From: Corallochytrium limacisporum Hawaii
Lineage: Eukaryota > Protista > Pluriformea
DNA: 45,183 nucleotides
Direction of reading: 5' to 3'
NCBI GenBank assembly: GCA_002811645.1
Contig: PDIP01000089.1
Coordinates: 1 to 45,183, forward strand
Shown: positions 8,542-20,536 of the stretch, in pieces
Numbering within the stretch: position 1 is the first letter of the stretch
Layout: each line of letters starts with the position of its first letter
Notes under the pieces: model-generated
The model's input: only the letters and a program-made list of their open reading frames with translations
Database searches by the model: none
Told to the model about the DNA's origin: nothing
Translations under genes and position numbers: made by a program

Positions 8542-10740
8542 ATGGAGAATTCAATAGCAGAGCTCCTGAAAGGGAGTCGCAAACGGGATCCCAGGTCACT
8601 TATTCGAAAATTTCACCAGAATTTACGAAATTTCCAGTGGTCTTCGGACGAAGTGCAGAACATTTTGAAGCACAGTCATGAGTTGGTTTGTTCAGGAGCA
8701 GGAACTATCCAAAACCTAATTCTTGGTTGTTCTATGCTGGACATTCTGTTCACCAGGATTGCCCGGGAAGAAGTCCTGAGAAACGGGGAAGACCTAGTGC
8801 GCTCCAAGGATTTGCTGTCAGAAATCATAACCAACGTTTGTAAAGGCATTAGCAATGCTCATACAGTCAGCTCTGATGAAGTGCCAAACGGGCAAGATGA
8901 GGACGGCCATCCGACTCCCCGCATGGCCAAACTATGCACAATCGAATGTATCACAGCAATGTTGGCATGTATCGCGGTGCATGTAGGCCTGAAGTCGATG
9001 ATCACGCCCATTTCAAGAAGTCAGATTGTTAAGACATGCATGAATTGTCTAGAGTACGGGGATAGTGATCATAATGGATGGATAGCAATCCTTCAACTTT
9101 CGGGTGTGGCGATACAAGTGTTCCGAAAGGAAACTTCGCATCTCTCAGATACTGTTCGGAAGGCTAGGCTGAAGGCAGTCGGGCACAATCCGAAATTGGA
9201 TGCGGCGTTGCTGAATGTGCTTGGCATAGTAAGCGCAGGTGCCCTTACCAAGGATGCCGGCAAACCCAGTACCCTCTTCGAAAACGGGGCAGGTCTTTAC
9301 GGTACAATCATTGGCTCTATAGTAGGAGAGTCGCTTACCTCTGAGGTTGTTTTTGATGAATGGAATCTTACAGTACCCATATCGCCGGTCCGGACTCGGA
9401 AGGATGCGGTTTCGTTGATAGAGGCCCTGGAGCGAGTACGCTCCTACATCACAGTGGTCTTGAAGCACAACCCAATGTCAGGAACCATTTCAGTCCAGCC
9501 CATTGTCAAAACAGCGCTCGATGCCATTACGTTTCGAGTAAGCCAGGAAAATGTGGTTTCTGATGCGCAGAAACTAGTGTGCGAAAAGATGCAGTGCTCC
9601 GCTCTGCAAATTCTCAAGAGCTTGGTGGAGGTCCTAGGGCATGACTTCTCCCCAATGATTAGTCAAGTAGTCGTGCCCGTGACTCGTTTGCTTCAGTCGA
9701 GTGTGGAAAGCAATAGGAATCCAGCAATTGTAGACAAATGTTATCGGTTCCTTTCTTCGTCTGTCTCTACCTATGGTGGCATCTTTAGCGATGCTGTAGC
9801 GGATGTCATCATTTCAAGTACAACACAAGTATTGCTCTTGAACATGGAAGGGACGAGTGTAGAACAATCGGAATCACCAGGGAAGCGTCGGAAATTGGAT
9901 ACCAGAGCAACCCGGGTGGATGTAAGGGGAGGCTCTACGCCTCTTGAGTTCATGGCTCAACTCTCTCTACTTGAGTTCTTGAAGGTTTTTATTGGATACG
10001 AGTCTCGAGAGAAGTTTGTACGAAGCCAACGGAGTCTAGTCACTTTGGTTGCCGCTAGTACTGTCGCAGACTTGAATGCAGTGCAAATCGCACGCGATGT
10101 GCAGGTTGAAACGACAATTGCGAAGATGCAAGTTTTGAAGACGGCCCTTGCAGAAATTGGTCATGTGGATGCTTTGTCTGCTCTCTTCGCGGTCAAGCAA
10201 TGTCGATCTCCTATCCTCAGGCGGCAAGCTACTGCTCTTCTTGCTGTCGTTCGTGAATCTGCACCGGTCCGACTTCCTCCTTGGCATTTCAACCCGAATC
10301 GTTTTGACCCATTCCGTGATCTGACCCAGACCATCATGGCGAAACAAACTGGAGATACGGCTGACGTAGTGGATGATGAAGGTGAACAAGAGGAAATAGC
10401 CGTGCGTGGTCATGCGTCGCCCGCACATGCCAGCGAGGACGCTGTGGAAGCTGATAGTGCTGAGCGAAAGGTTCGCAGACAAGCACAGACGGGTTTGCAG
10501 AGGGAGGCACCCATGCTATCAGAACCTGTACAGCCTGCTCCGCAGAGTAAATTCCATGAAAAGATCTTGAATCCGGTAGCCGCTCAATCGGAGGCAAACC
10601 AACTCGGTCCTCTGGTCAGTGAGACGAACGATGTGGATGATGCTGTGCGGGCACCAGTATCACCGGTTCAGGATGCTAGCGACAGCGATTCTGAAGAACT
10701 TCCAGAGTTCAATGATTTGGCACCACCTGATGAGGACTAA
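8542..10740 (+). CDS. RIX1: Pre-rRNA processing protein Rix1/PELP1-like (rixosome subunit)
   Basis: 732-aa helical (ARM/HEAT-like) ORF. It ends in a PVRLPP motif (cf. PELP1 HPRVPPL), a disordered linker and an acidic DSDSEELPEF...DED terminus typical of Rix1. Confidence 0.65.
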   Translation: MENSIAELLKGSRKRDPRSLIRKFHQNLRNFQWSSDEVQNILKHSHELVCSGAGTIQNLILGCSMLDILFTRIAREEVLRNGEDLVRSKDLLSEIITNVCKGISNAHTVSSDEVPNGQDEDGHPTPRMAKLCTIECITAMLACIAVHVGLKSMITPISRSQIVKTCMNCLEYGDSDHNGWIAILQLSGVAIQVFRKETSHLSDTVRKARLKAVGHNPKLDAALLNVLGIVSAGALTKDAGKPSTLFENGAGLYGTIIGSIVGESLTSEVVFDEWNLTVPISPVRTRKDAVSLIEALERVRSYITVVLKHNPMSGTISVQPIVKTALDAITFRVSQENVVSDAQKLVCEKMQCSALQILKSLVEVLGHDFSPMISQVVVPVTRLLQSSVESNRNPAIVDKCYRFLSSSVSTYGGIFSDAVADVIISSTTQVLLLNMEGTSVEQSESPGKRRKLDTRATRVDVRGGSTPLEFMAQLSLLEFLKVFIGYESREKFVRSQRSLVTLVAASTVADLNAVQIARDVQVETTIAKMQVLKTALAEIGHVDALSALFAVKQCRSPILRRQATALLAVVRESAPVRLPPWHFNPNRFDPFRDLTQTIMAKQTGDTADVVDDEGEQEEIAVRGHASPAHASEDAVEADSAERKVRRQAQTGLQREAPMLSEPVQPAPQSKFHEKILNPVAAQSEANQLGPLVSETNDVDDAVRAPVSPVQDASDSDSEELPEFNDLAPPDED

Positions 10741-10823
10741 GGTGTAAAGAAGTCATCAGTGCGAATAAAGAAAATCTACATATTCTATTGTTGTCACACC
10801 GATGTGACCCCGCTGTTCAATAA

Positions 10824-12611
10824 TCAAAACAGGTCTCGCAAAGATCCCTCGGTGATTGGCAGAGTAATGTGAGAATCCCGAACTGCATCGTGGAATACAC
10901 TCAGATGCACACTTTCCATTCTGCCATCCTTGAAGCCATTCTCTGTGCCAAAGTTTTTCCAGTAGCGTGGATGTTGACCAGAGCAGATTTGGATGCGGAT
11001 TCGCTCCCCCTTCCTGAAGCGCACGGCAGTTGGCCACATCTTGAATTCTACTGCGTACTCGTCTGGATGCCCGGGCGTCTTGCGTCGGCTCTCCGGAGTA
11101 AGTCGCACATATCCGTCACCAATGTTTCTAGATGTTTTCATACGCTTAGAAACCACACATAAACGGGCGACAAAGTCAACATGTTCGAGACTAGAGGTGA
11201 CCCACATCTTGACGGGGATGGCACCAATGACTTCAATATCCCTCTTCAGCTGCGGTGTTGTGAAGGTAACCACATCTGCTCGCTTCTCGAAATTGGTTTG
11301 CTTCTTGGTACCTGCACTGCGAGGGTGGAAAATGGCACCGCCTGATTGCGGAGTAGGGTTTGTTGGGTCATACAGATATCGTGTTGGTTCCACATCGTGT
11401 TCTTTGGATTGCTCTATACTAAGCTGACCTCCCCGTTGCAGGTAAAGTATGCTGTCCGTTGATGGAGGTGGGAATGTTTCGAAGTTCTTCCATTCTTTGC
11501 TCCCCTGTATTTGCAGCTTCACCCGCTCACTGTCCTTTGGACCCGAGTCCTTGTCACCCTTGAGGACGCGATTAAGCCAGTCAACACCGCTCCGAATGCC
11601 ATGAACCATGGCCCCGGGGTGGAAGTGATGCCAGTTACCGATGATGATCCAGACATCACGGTCAGCCTCACGCATGAGCTGGTATTCGTCTACCATCTCA
11701 TTCAAGAAAAAATCGTGCCACCCGGCAACAAGGCAGCTGGGAGCCACACTCTTTACCTTATGACGATAGTCTCGGATCTGCCAGAACTCAGATTCCAGGG
11801 GTGTGTCATGCTCATTCTTTAACAATTTTCCCAGATTTGTCTCTGCCCCTGGTCTGCGGGTGACAACTTCATCAATTTGGTCGATGACTGCATCATGTGC
11901 GAGAGCAAGCGACTTATCCAAAGGAGGCCCTAATACCTTTATGGGCACGGTCCAGAGGGGTGTGTCGGACCGAAGCCGATATGTGACATGATGCCACGCG
12001 AGCGCTAATCCATAGGCTACACCACCGTGTGGACGTAATACATTATAAGGCCGTGAACAGGTGATGATTGGCACCATAGCGTCAATGTCATACATATCTT
12101 CACGGTTAGGGAGGCGATCATCTGGCAGCATGGCATATTGCACAATGCCAAGGAAACTAGGCCCCCACGCACCGACTTTGGGGCACAGCTTGAACCAAGC
12201 TTGTTCATGAAGCCATTTTAAAGTGTCTTGTCCATCTTCGTGATCTGTCTGCATTGGTTCGAATTCGCCCTCAGAGTCACCGCGCCCTCTGGTATCCTGG
12301 CAAACAACATGAAAACCATGGGTAGCCAATAAATAACAGATTGTATCCACATGTGAACGATTATATGGTGTCCGAATTAAAATCGTTGGATACCCGTTGT
12401 CTAGAATTTCTTGGCTTCTACTACCATACTTGGTTCCACGTTTGAAACAGTTTTTGCTGTGTTTCTTGAGCGGGTGGTACACATCTGTGGCCAATCCAAC
12501 GCCGTCCCTCATCCTTACCATCACTTTTTCTTGGCAGAATGCGCTATATTCGGCGCCTTTCATGCCGATTGCCCAGCCCAAAACCCTTCCGATCTGTTTA
12601 GCCAACAACAT
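10824..12611 (-). CDS. CocE/NonD family serine hydrolase (peptidase S15 / X-Pro dipeptidyl-peptidase-like)
   Basis: Motifs MRDGVGLATDVY, RTPYNR, QDTRGRGDSEG, nucleophile GPSFLG, GWHD, GNWHH, YDPTNPTP, RADVVTFTT and FRKGERIRIQI. First in-frame ATG is 12611; the ORF track start at 12620 is TTG. Confidence 0.95.
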   Translation of the reverse strand: MLLAKQIGRVLGWAIGMKGAEYSAFCQEKVMVRMRDGVGLATDVYHPLKKHSKNCFKRGTKYGSRSQEILDNGYPTILIRTPYNRSHVDTICYLLATHGFHVVCQDTRGRGDSEGEFEPMQTDHEDGQDTLKWLHEQAWFKLCPKVGAWGPSFLGIVQYAMLPDDRLPNREDMYDIDAMVPIITCSRPYNVLRPHGGVAYGLALAWHHVTYRLRSDTPLWTVPIKVLGPPLDKSLALAHDAVIDQIDEVVTRRPGAETNLGKLLKNEHDTPLESEFWQIRDYRHKVKSVAPSCLVAGWHDFFLNEMVDEYQLMREADRDVWIIIGNWHHFHPGAMVHGIRSGVDWLNRVLKGDKDSGPKDSERVKLQIQGSKEWKNFETFPPPSTDSILYLQRGGQLSIEQSKEHDVEPTRYLYDPTNPTPQSGGAIFHPRSAGTKKQTNFEKRADVVTFTTPQLKRDIEVIGAIPVKMWVTSSLEHVDFVARLCVVSKRMKTSRNIGDGYVRLTPESRRKTPGHPDEYAVEFKMWPTAVRFRKGERIRIQICSGQHPRYWKNFGTENGFKDGRMESVHLSVFHDAVRDSHITLPITEGSLRDLF

Positions 12612-15600
12612 GACTTGCAAATTGGTCGCAAATCAGAGACAGCAAATGCCGTAGTCATGTCGGTACGAACCACTGTTTGTACACCATTCTACTCCACCTG
12701 AAACACCACCAAATACTTTTGCGCATTGGGCATATCAAGAGGACACTGTTTCGTGTGGCAGCGAGGATGTGATTGTTGTTCACAAAGTCCGCTTGTCTAC
12801 AACGCATCTCCGTTGGCACACATCTGTGGCGGAAGGGCAGCAGAGCTACTCTCTGCCGCTGTGCCCACTTTACGGGACCCGCACTTCATTCCACCGCGGT
12901 GTACGTTGACACCCCGCCCCCCGGGGGAGCGGGTGGGGTTGTTGCAGGCCAATGTCCCAGTCGATACTCAGCTGGCCCGGGAATCAATTCCCGCTCCGCA
13001 CACCCACTGTCCTTTCTTTTTTCTTTTTTGTCCTTTCGTTCCAAGAACCTTCCCACCCGCTGGTCAGCCATTTTTCCAGGATCCACGACGCCCCCCGCTT
13101 GGTGAGGGGTCGGCTGACAGTCACGCAGGACACAAATTGCCGGTCCGGACACCCCACGGCCCGGTCCGGCAACTACGCGGTAATACCTACGGGGCCACCA
13201 GTGACGGCAAGGAGGGGAGAGGGCTTCCTTAGGAAGTTTGCAGCTTGTAACCGCCGCGGCTGCGCACCGTCACAGAGACGGGCGAGTTTCTCTGCAGGCC
13301 ATATGGAGAGCTAATGACTCGCAGTTGAATAAAAATGGAAAGTCGTAGGTCTCATTTCATGTAATTGAAGGAAAGGAGGCGGGGCGGATACCATTGCTCA
13401 CAATAAGAAACTATCGAATGCAATTGGCGTGGTGAGGTGCCAGGTTCAGTCTACCAGTATCCACCCGGGCGACATAGGGGTCATTTTCTGTAGTAAGAGT
13501 TGTGCCGTGTTGGAAGTCTTGTGATTCAATCGAATATTCCTAAATCAATGAAATATATTGGTGTCCCGTTCCGAAACTCGGTTTTCGCACGGGAACCGCA
13601 CCCATACTACACACCATGTACCTTTGGTACTGGGTATCCGGCTGTGCAGAGTCAGTGACGACCGAGCAACCCGGCCCCCAACGTAGAGAGTGCGACAGAG
13701 GTGGAGGATAGAGTGGCACACACACACTCATATGTGTGTGTAAAAGAGAGGGTGGGGTCCGGACCCAGCATGGAAAAGGCAGACATCCGACAATAGTGGG
13801 AGAGACACGCACAAGAGCCCGTTGGTTCAAGGTTAGCCAACAGTATCGCATGTGTATCTCGCCGACGACAAGAACTGCCGCAATTGGTTGTACACATGTG
13901 TACCGGCGTACCATCTCATCTATGTACGTTTTCTCAAGGTAACGACACAGGGCACGGTCAACAAGCCATATACCGAAGAGGGATTCAGCCGGCACGCACA
14001 ATCCGTGCAAATCAAGACCTTCCTCTTTGGTACAATACCACGCCAACGATTTAAAGCGATTTGCATATTGGAAGTACAGTCTGCGTTCAAGGTCGAACCT
14101 TTACGGCACCACTGCCAAAGTGTTTTGACGAGTTCCTGCTTTCTTGACATCCATCAACCCACAACTGCAAACAGCCCGTGTATGTCTGCATGTGCTGTTG
14201 TCTGTGATTGATTCCATCCAACGAACGGAAACAATCAGTTTTACATTTTATGACCCCCGTGCCCACCGTGTGGTGTACGAGAAGTACACAGACTGTCTCC
14301 ACAGAACAAGTGGAATACTGCAACGCCATATCATGTCAGAGTAATAAGCAACAGTTCCATGGCATCATCCGAGTGACCTTTGTTCTTGCCACATGGATGC
14401 GGTGATCCAGGGTTCTCCCAAGCTGTGAGGAAGGATACCAGGATGTCGAACGTGAATGAATGCCATCAAAACCCAGCATGACATATTTTTCACAGGACGA
14501 ATTACATGATCGCATTCACCTACCATGAATGATTGGCGCCCTTCTTGAGCAACCAGCAAGACTCTCGTCAGTCTAGGGCCTGCCTTCTTCCCATTGCTCC
14601 TTCCAAAGGGGCAGCGAGGTGGCCCCAGCCGATTCATCTCGTATTGCAATGAATTGATGATTGCGAAACTAAGGAAAGCAAGCCGGCACAGGTCGTGATC
14701 ATCGTTCTCGTGGTGTGTTGCTTCGCTGCAGGTGCAACTGCTACCAATACTCAACGATGAAATCAAGAAACGTTCAAGGGAAGAAAGCTTGAGCAGTGGA
14801 GCAGAATAACGAAAGATGCTCTTTGATGTCAGAGTGTCAAGGTGCCTCAGGGGGGCCGCACTGCTTTTCGCATAAGACTTGACACTTTGGGTAAGTCTTA
14901 CTGCCATTCTACAAACAGTTACAGTTGTGCTATGCACAAGTTTCACCAGTACAGGCAATCGGTTCCACCATCACTTTTTCTGTGACGGGTGGTGTCCTCC
15001 CTTTCTACCATGCACAAAGTACCGGAAACAATTCTACAAAACCTTCCAAAGTAGCAAGCGCTCGAATGCAGACCTCACGAAAGTTCCTTAAAAGCAGCAT
15101 GGATTCGTACACAAAGGAGGAAGGGTTCGGCGAACATTCGGACGAGAGCTAAGCATAGAAAGGAGTGTCGGGAATTTTGCAACTCACAAATGGCGTCCTC
15201 TGCCGGTCTAATTCTCGAAAGAAGAAGGTAGGGGATGCGGGGCGGGGGTATATCCTGCAATCAGGACCGACGATGGAAGGAAAATTGCTGTGAAACGATG
15301 GCAGCTTTTGAGTTCCGAGTCGGAAAGCAGGTTCCTCACAGCACGGTCTAACATTAGCACCCCCCGCAGCCACTCTTCCCAGTACTCTCAGAACTTTCAT
15401 CCTATTTTTGCATCGCCTGGTATTGCGCGGAGGATGCCAGGGTCACACAAACCACTTGTTTCCAGGCAGTTCCGCGGTATCGCTATGGTTTTTAATGTAG
15501 CGGAATTTCTCGTAAGGGGTTGCGGGCACTTATACATGGAATACGTGGCGGGATGGCGGTAAAGCTTTGGTGACATCTAAAAACATGTCGTCCTTGATAC

Positions 15601-18600
15601 TACCCATACGTTATGTTGGTATTCTCTGACTGCTTCAGGTCTCTCCATCCTCCTGGGAAGCACAACAAGATGAAGCAGCCTTGTTCTTTGTCTGTTGTTG
15701 TAAATGGTCATTGAAATCTTCTGCCGCCCTCACAGTTTCAGAAGCATGTTTGTTGACGTCTTATTGGGTGATCAACCCTTAGTCAGTCGCAATCTGTGAG
15801 AAAGAGTTGTCTTTCAGCTCCGATTTCGATGACTTGGAGCTGTCTCGACCCGCCGTACGACAGCGTAGGCATTTGTTTTGACGCACGATTGGTGTTTGCG
15901 AAGGAGCAAGCTCACCGCTGTGTTTGTTCCACGCCCACGTACATATTTCTGGTGCTTCAAACCCGTTCTCTGGCAAAAGAATTGCCGTTGGCTGCCGTCC
16001 ACAGTAAATCATAGTAATGCCGGCATAAACCGTACATGCAGACGGAATGCCAACACTGTGTGGCTGCAACGAATTGGAATCCGATCTGCATGGTGGTGTT
16101 CTGAAATCGAACGGTACATCCGAATTTGCGTCTCCTATCGTACACCTCAATCTACTCAGACCATATCGACTTGCGTGTATCTTTCCAATGCGGCCCATCC
16201 GTGGTTTGAGGGTTTGAACAATTTGATCTAGTTCATGTTGCTCCCACACATTACATGAACTTTTGTGCTGCATTAACTGACTCTTGGCCAGGCAAAACCT
16301 CAGGCTTCGATCACCAACTGCACAGCTTAGGTTTCGGTCCACATCGGATACCGGTGATGCGATGTGTGTGTGCATTACTACTGACTCCAAACTGAAGGAC
16401 CGGTTGTCAAGAGTAGGAACAACACGTTTGACCGTGTGATGTGTGGGACAGAGACATTTGCCACCGGGCCCACAGATGAGCTAACAATTAGGCTGGTGTT
16501 CGCCCAAATGCCTTCCTGTCCTTTCGTTCTCTTTTGTACTATTACCTCCCTTCCTTCACTTGGCCAATGGAGAACACACGGCACCACGGGAGGTGTAAGC
16601 AGTGAAAGCACTGAAAATGCTGGCTTACCCGATGGTCTGTCCAAGTAACGCGGGAAGTTGTCGTAGGAAGGGGAGAGGAAAGACACGAGACGGAGGAGAT
16701 CCCGTGGCAGGCTCTGGAAGGCGCAAGCAGCGCAGAACGGTTAGAACGGTTGGGAGGGAGCAGGAAGGCCCCCCCCCAAGCGCCGAGGGTGGCAATTTTC
16801 TTTTTTTAGACGGGGCCCGTTGGGGGCCTGGTGGGNNNNNNNNNNNNNNNNNNNNNNNNNNNNNNNNNNNNNNNNNNNNNNNNNNNNNNNNNNNNNNNNN
16901 NNNNNNNNNNNNNNNNNNNNNNNNNNNNNNNNNNNNNNNNNNNNNNNNNNNNNNNNNNNNNNNNNNNNNNNNNNNNNNNNNNNNNNNNNNNNNNNNNNNN
17001 NNNNNNNNNNNNNNNNNNNNNNNNNNNNNNNNNNNNNNNNNNNNNNNNNNNNNNNNGGGGAGAGGAGAGAAAGCAAGGGGAGAAGGGGGGTCCCTCCCGC
17101 CGGGGAAAAAGAGAGGCCCGGCCCCCCCCCGCCCGGGGAGGGGGGAAGGAGGGCGGGAAATGAAGGAGTGTTTCCTTCTTCCCCTCGCGGGAGCAAAGGG
17201 GAAAGGCGTGAAGACTATCTCCCTCATGAATTGCGCTTCCAATAGAGGAGAAAGCGCCTACCAGGCAGAAGGCTGCTGGTGATATTCTTCCAAGGTGCAG
17301 CTTCGGGTATAAAGACATTTCTTGCTCCTGAATTGATGACATGATGTGGATCAAGTTTGAACCCTAGGCGTTTGCCGAGTGCTCTGTGCGATATATTGTG
17401 ATGTCCTGCTCCACCATACAACCTCTTCCGATCATGAATAGCGAATCCCTGGACAAGATTCGTCAGGCTGCCATCCATCGGCTACAGAAGCCTTCTACAG
17501 ATCTCAATTCCCCTAAACAGAGTCGATGCACTTCGAAGAGAATCCAGGAGTACCGCTCTGATGTGCTTCGCCGAAGGAACCTCATGGTTCTCCAGCACTG
17601 CTCTGAGTAAGGGAGCTGCTTTCTATCATCCATCGTTCGTCATCCATCATCCATCATGCACACGTGTTTTCAATAGAATCTCCATAGTCCGATCCTGCAT
17701 AGGTCTACCTTTAGGCTCACTACTCGCCGTGTCAACGAACAGACAACTCGCATTGATCAGATCCAAGATGATCTGATCGTTCAATATTACTCTATCAAGC
17801 CAGTTCTCTTCCGCATGCACGTCATCCAGGATGATATGGTCACTAGTAGTATTGCACTCAGAGAGAAGCACAAGAAGGATGCTACCAGCCCTTTGATATC
17901 CAATGTGTGTCCCAAGGGATGCTTCTATTCATAACGCCATTGCTGTGAAAACAATTCAAATCGTCATTGCCGTTGAGTTGAGACAGTCATGCATTGCTTG
18001 CGTAAATGGGATAGCTCGGTACCCGGCAAAGCATATTGCGTAAAGAGGTTTGATCAACTGAGCTAGGCATTGTGAATTCCATTTCGCTTCTGGCATTCTG
18101 AATTAACCAGTGTTGTGTGCTCAGTTTTAGGGGGGGAGAGCAGACGCAGCGACGAAACACTTCGGATGTCTGAGCTATGAATCATGTCGAGGGAGGCTCA
18201 ATCGTATCTTTCTCATCATCGACATGCTCAACAGTTCATTAGGCGTGATCGCAGTTTGTCTCCTTCAATATAAGAGTCTCTCAACATCTGAGCATATGTG
18301 ATAAGTGCGTGAATGGACATACATGTACCGTCATGAAAACACTCATCGGACGTGTTTCTTGTCAACCCAACGACTTCCCACTTTACCAAGATGGGTCGTT
18401 CGTGTGCCTGCGAACGTGTTTGCGTTGCGGCCATTTCATCAATACCCTTGAAACTGAGGAAGTCGAACTACAGCATTGGCCACTGCATATTGCGCTACGT
18501 CAAACTGCACACACGGCAGGCAAGACGATCTTCTGACGATCCGGAAGCTGACAGCGTCCCTACATTGTGAGAAGATCTTCCCCCCCCCCACACCCCCAAA

Positions 18601-20039
18601 AGCTACCCATATCATAATTACACTTCTTGGCTTTGTGGGCTCAATGGGCACGGAAGTCCTACTGTTTGAACGGATGTCTGATCAGTTAAGTCTGTGCACT
18701 GACCGTTCTGAATAGATTGAGTTGACCCTCACTGGCTGCCGGTTGTCAAAGCAGTACGCGTCAGGACCGACGCAAATCATTCTTCTATAATCTCTCGGCT
18801 TTGTTTGTCAGAAATTAGAGTCTTGAAGGATCTTCTACGTCCGGCAGTAGTAAACATTCACGCGACCGCGAGTGGTAAGAATGATTAATTGGCGGAACGA
18901 GGTCGCAACATATTTAAGGGTCTATTATGCAGACTGCGGTAAAGGTTTTCCGACTCGTCGAACAAAAATGTTCGCTCTCCTGACCAGATGCGCCCCACGT
19001 TGTAGTCAAAACAAATGGTTTGTTTTTCTGTTTTGGCTGTTGGGACTGTTTGGTGGGTGCAGGACGGTAAGGTGGTATCAGCTGCTTTGCGTCAATGTGA
19101 GGCAACTATTGGAGGGCAGCCACACGGCCGGGCCATAATCACTCGCAGCCACGTTCACACATTTCTGTGTATGATCATCATTCAACGTCTGTAAATAAGC
19201 TTCGCTCCGACAAACAACGAGTCATCCACTGTGGTGTCATAACGATGTTCAGCCGGCACTGTTGTGCCCCTAGTCAACTACTGATGTGCATCATAGACGC
19301 GTAAACGTCCAGTTCACTGGATAATGCCTGATACTGTTGTACACAAATTTACGAAGAGATAAGCAGTGTTGTACCGCTGGGATGTTCGACCAATTCTTTT
19401 CTACTATGTTGATGCATTACAAGATCTATGTATACAGGAATGTGTCATCTATTCTATATAGCCGCGGTGGAAGGGAAGCATACGTTTCTCGGCCTTAGCG
19501 GAGTGCAAGCACTCACCAGAAGCATTCCCGTAGCTTGCCGATCGATGTCCACCTCGTACCTAATCCCGTGAACGGAGGAGTAACATGAAGCGTCCTGGAC
19601 AGGCCTCCTGGGCTTGCCCCTAAGTACCAACGGAGAGAAACATGAGTGTATATTCACCACACCGGACTCGGCTCCCGTGGAATTGGCAGCCTTTACCCAC
19701 ATTCCGTGCTGTACCGACCCTAGTTCACATATATACACACATACCGATCCACAATTTTGCGTTCCATTTCACTGTTTGATATACCTACGTTTTTAAATAC
19801 GTCTTGCCCGGAAACCCCCAACGGAGACGGACTGCGTGGTAGCTCCCGGATCACTGTGAATCCAATAGGGACGACTGTTTGGATGCAACCCAGCGTGAGG
19901 CACGATTATGAGTAATACTCTTGCTTGTGCTATGGTATTAACGAATAAAAGATACATAAGAAAGAATTTCAGCAGATCCACGATTCTCTGAGCAACAAAC
20001 TAAAGTACCGCCCGCTGCCGAAGATTGCCATTCATAGAT

Positions 20040-20414
20040 ATGTGGCGCAGTTCTTTGTTTGCAACTGGTCTGTTGGCCACGACCGCAGGAATGATGCTGC
20101 TAGTCGATCCTGAACAGGTTCGAACAATGGTCAATGACTTTGCTATTCAAAATGGCTTCGAACCCCTACAGCCCCAATTCTTTTATGACCGCACAGCAGG
20201 AGGCCTGTCCATCGCCATTGGCCTGATCTACTTCAAGGCCTATTTGGAGAACAATCGATGGTGGGCGGAAACGTCTCTGCTCGGTCGCGGTGTTGTCATT
20301 GGTGCATCAGTTTATGGATATTTTGCAACGGGAAGTCCCTTGTTTCTCACAACACCACTGATAGAACTGCCCTGCTATATCTGGACTGCATTGGGACTCT
20401 ACTTCTATCCGTGA
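20040..20414 (+). CDS. Small integral membrane protein (~4 TM helices), function unknown
   Basis: 124-aa ATG ORF with four hydrophobic segments, convergent with TFB4 across a 122-bp gap. Confidence 0.75.
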   Translation: MWRSSLFATGLLATTAGMMLLVDPEQVRTMVNDFAIQNGFEPLQPQFFYDRTAGGLSIAIGLIYFKAYLENNRWWAETSLLGRGVVIGASVYGYFATGSPLFLTTPLIELPCYIWTALGLYFYP

Positions 20415-20536
20415 TGAGTGGCCCAATTGTAACGGATCAAGATCGTTGTATTTCTAGTAGTATACATGAATAGAATAGATACCTGTAGTATTTTTGTTCA
20501 GTACGCATATACTCTTTACGGGAATTGCTTGATCTA

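Noticed and set aside
15779-16390. 203-aa minus-strand ORF as a real gene
   Set aside because: TTG start, no recognisable domain, and it lies within a stop-riddled tract; treated as part of the possible pseudogene region.
13300-19950. Element using an alternative genetic code or selenocysteine read-through
   Set aside because: Interrupting stops are a mixture of TAA, TAG and TGA with frame changes, which fits random decay rather than reassignment of one codon.
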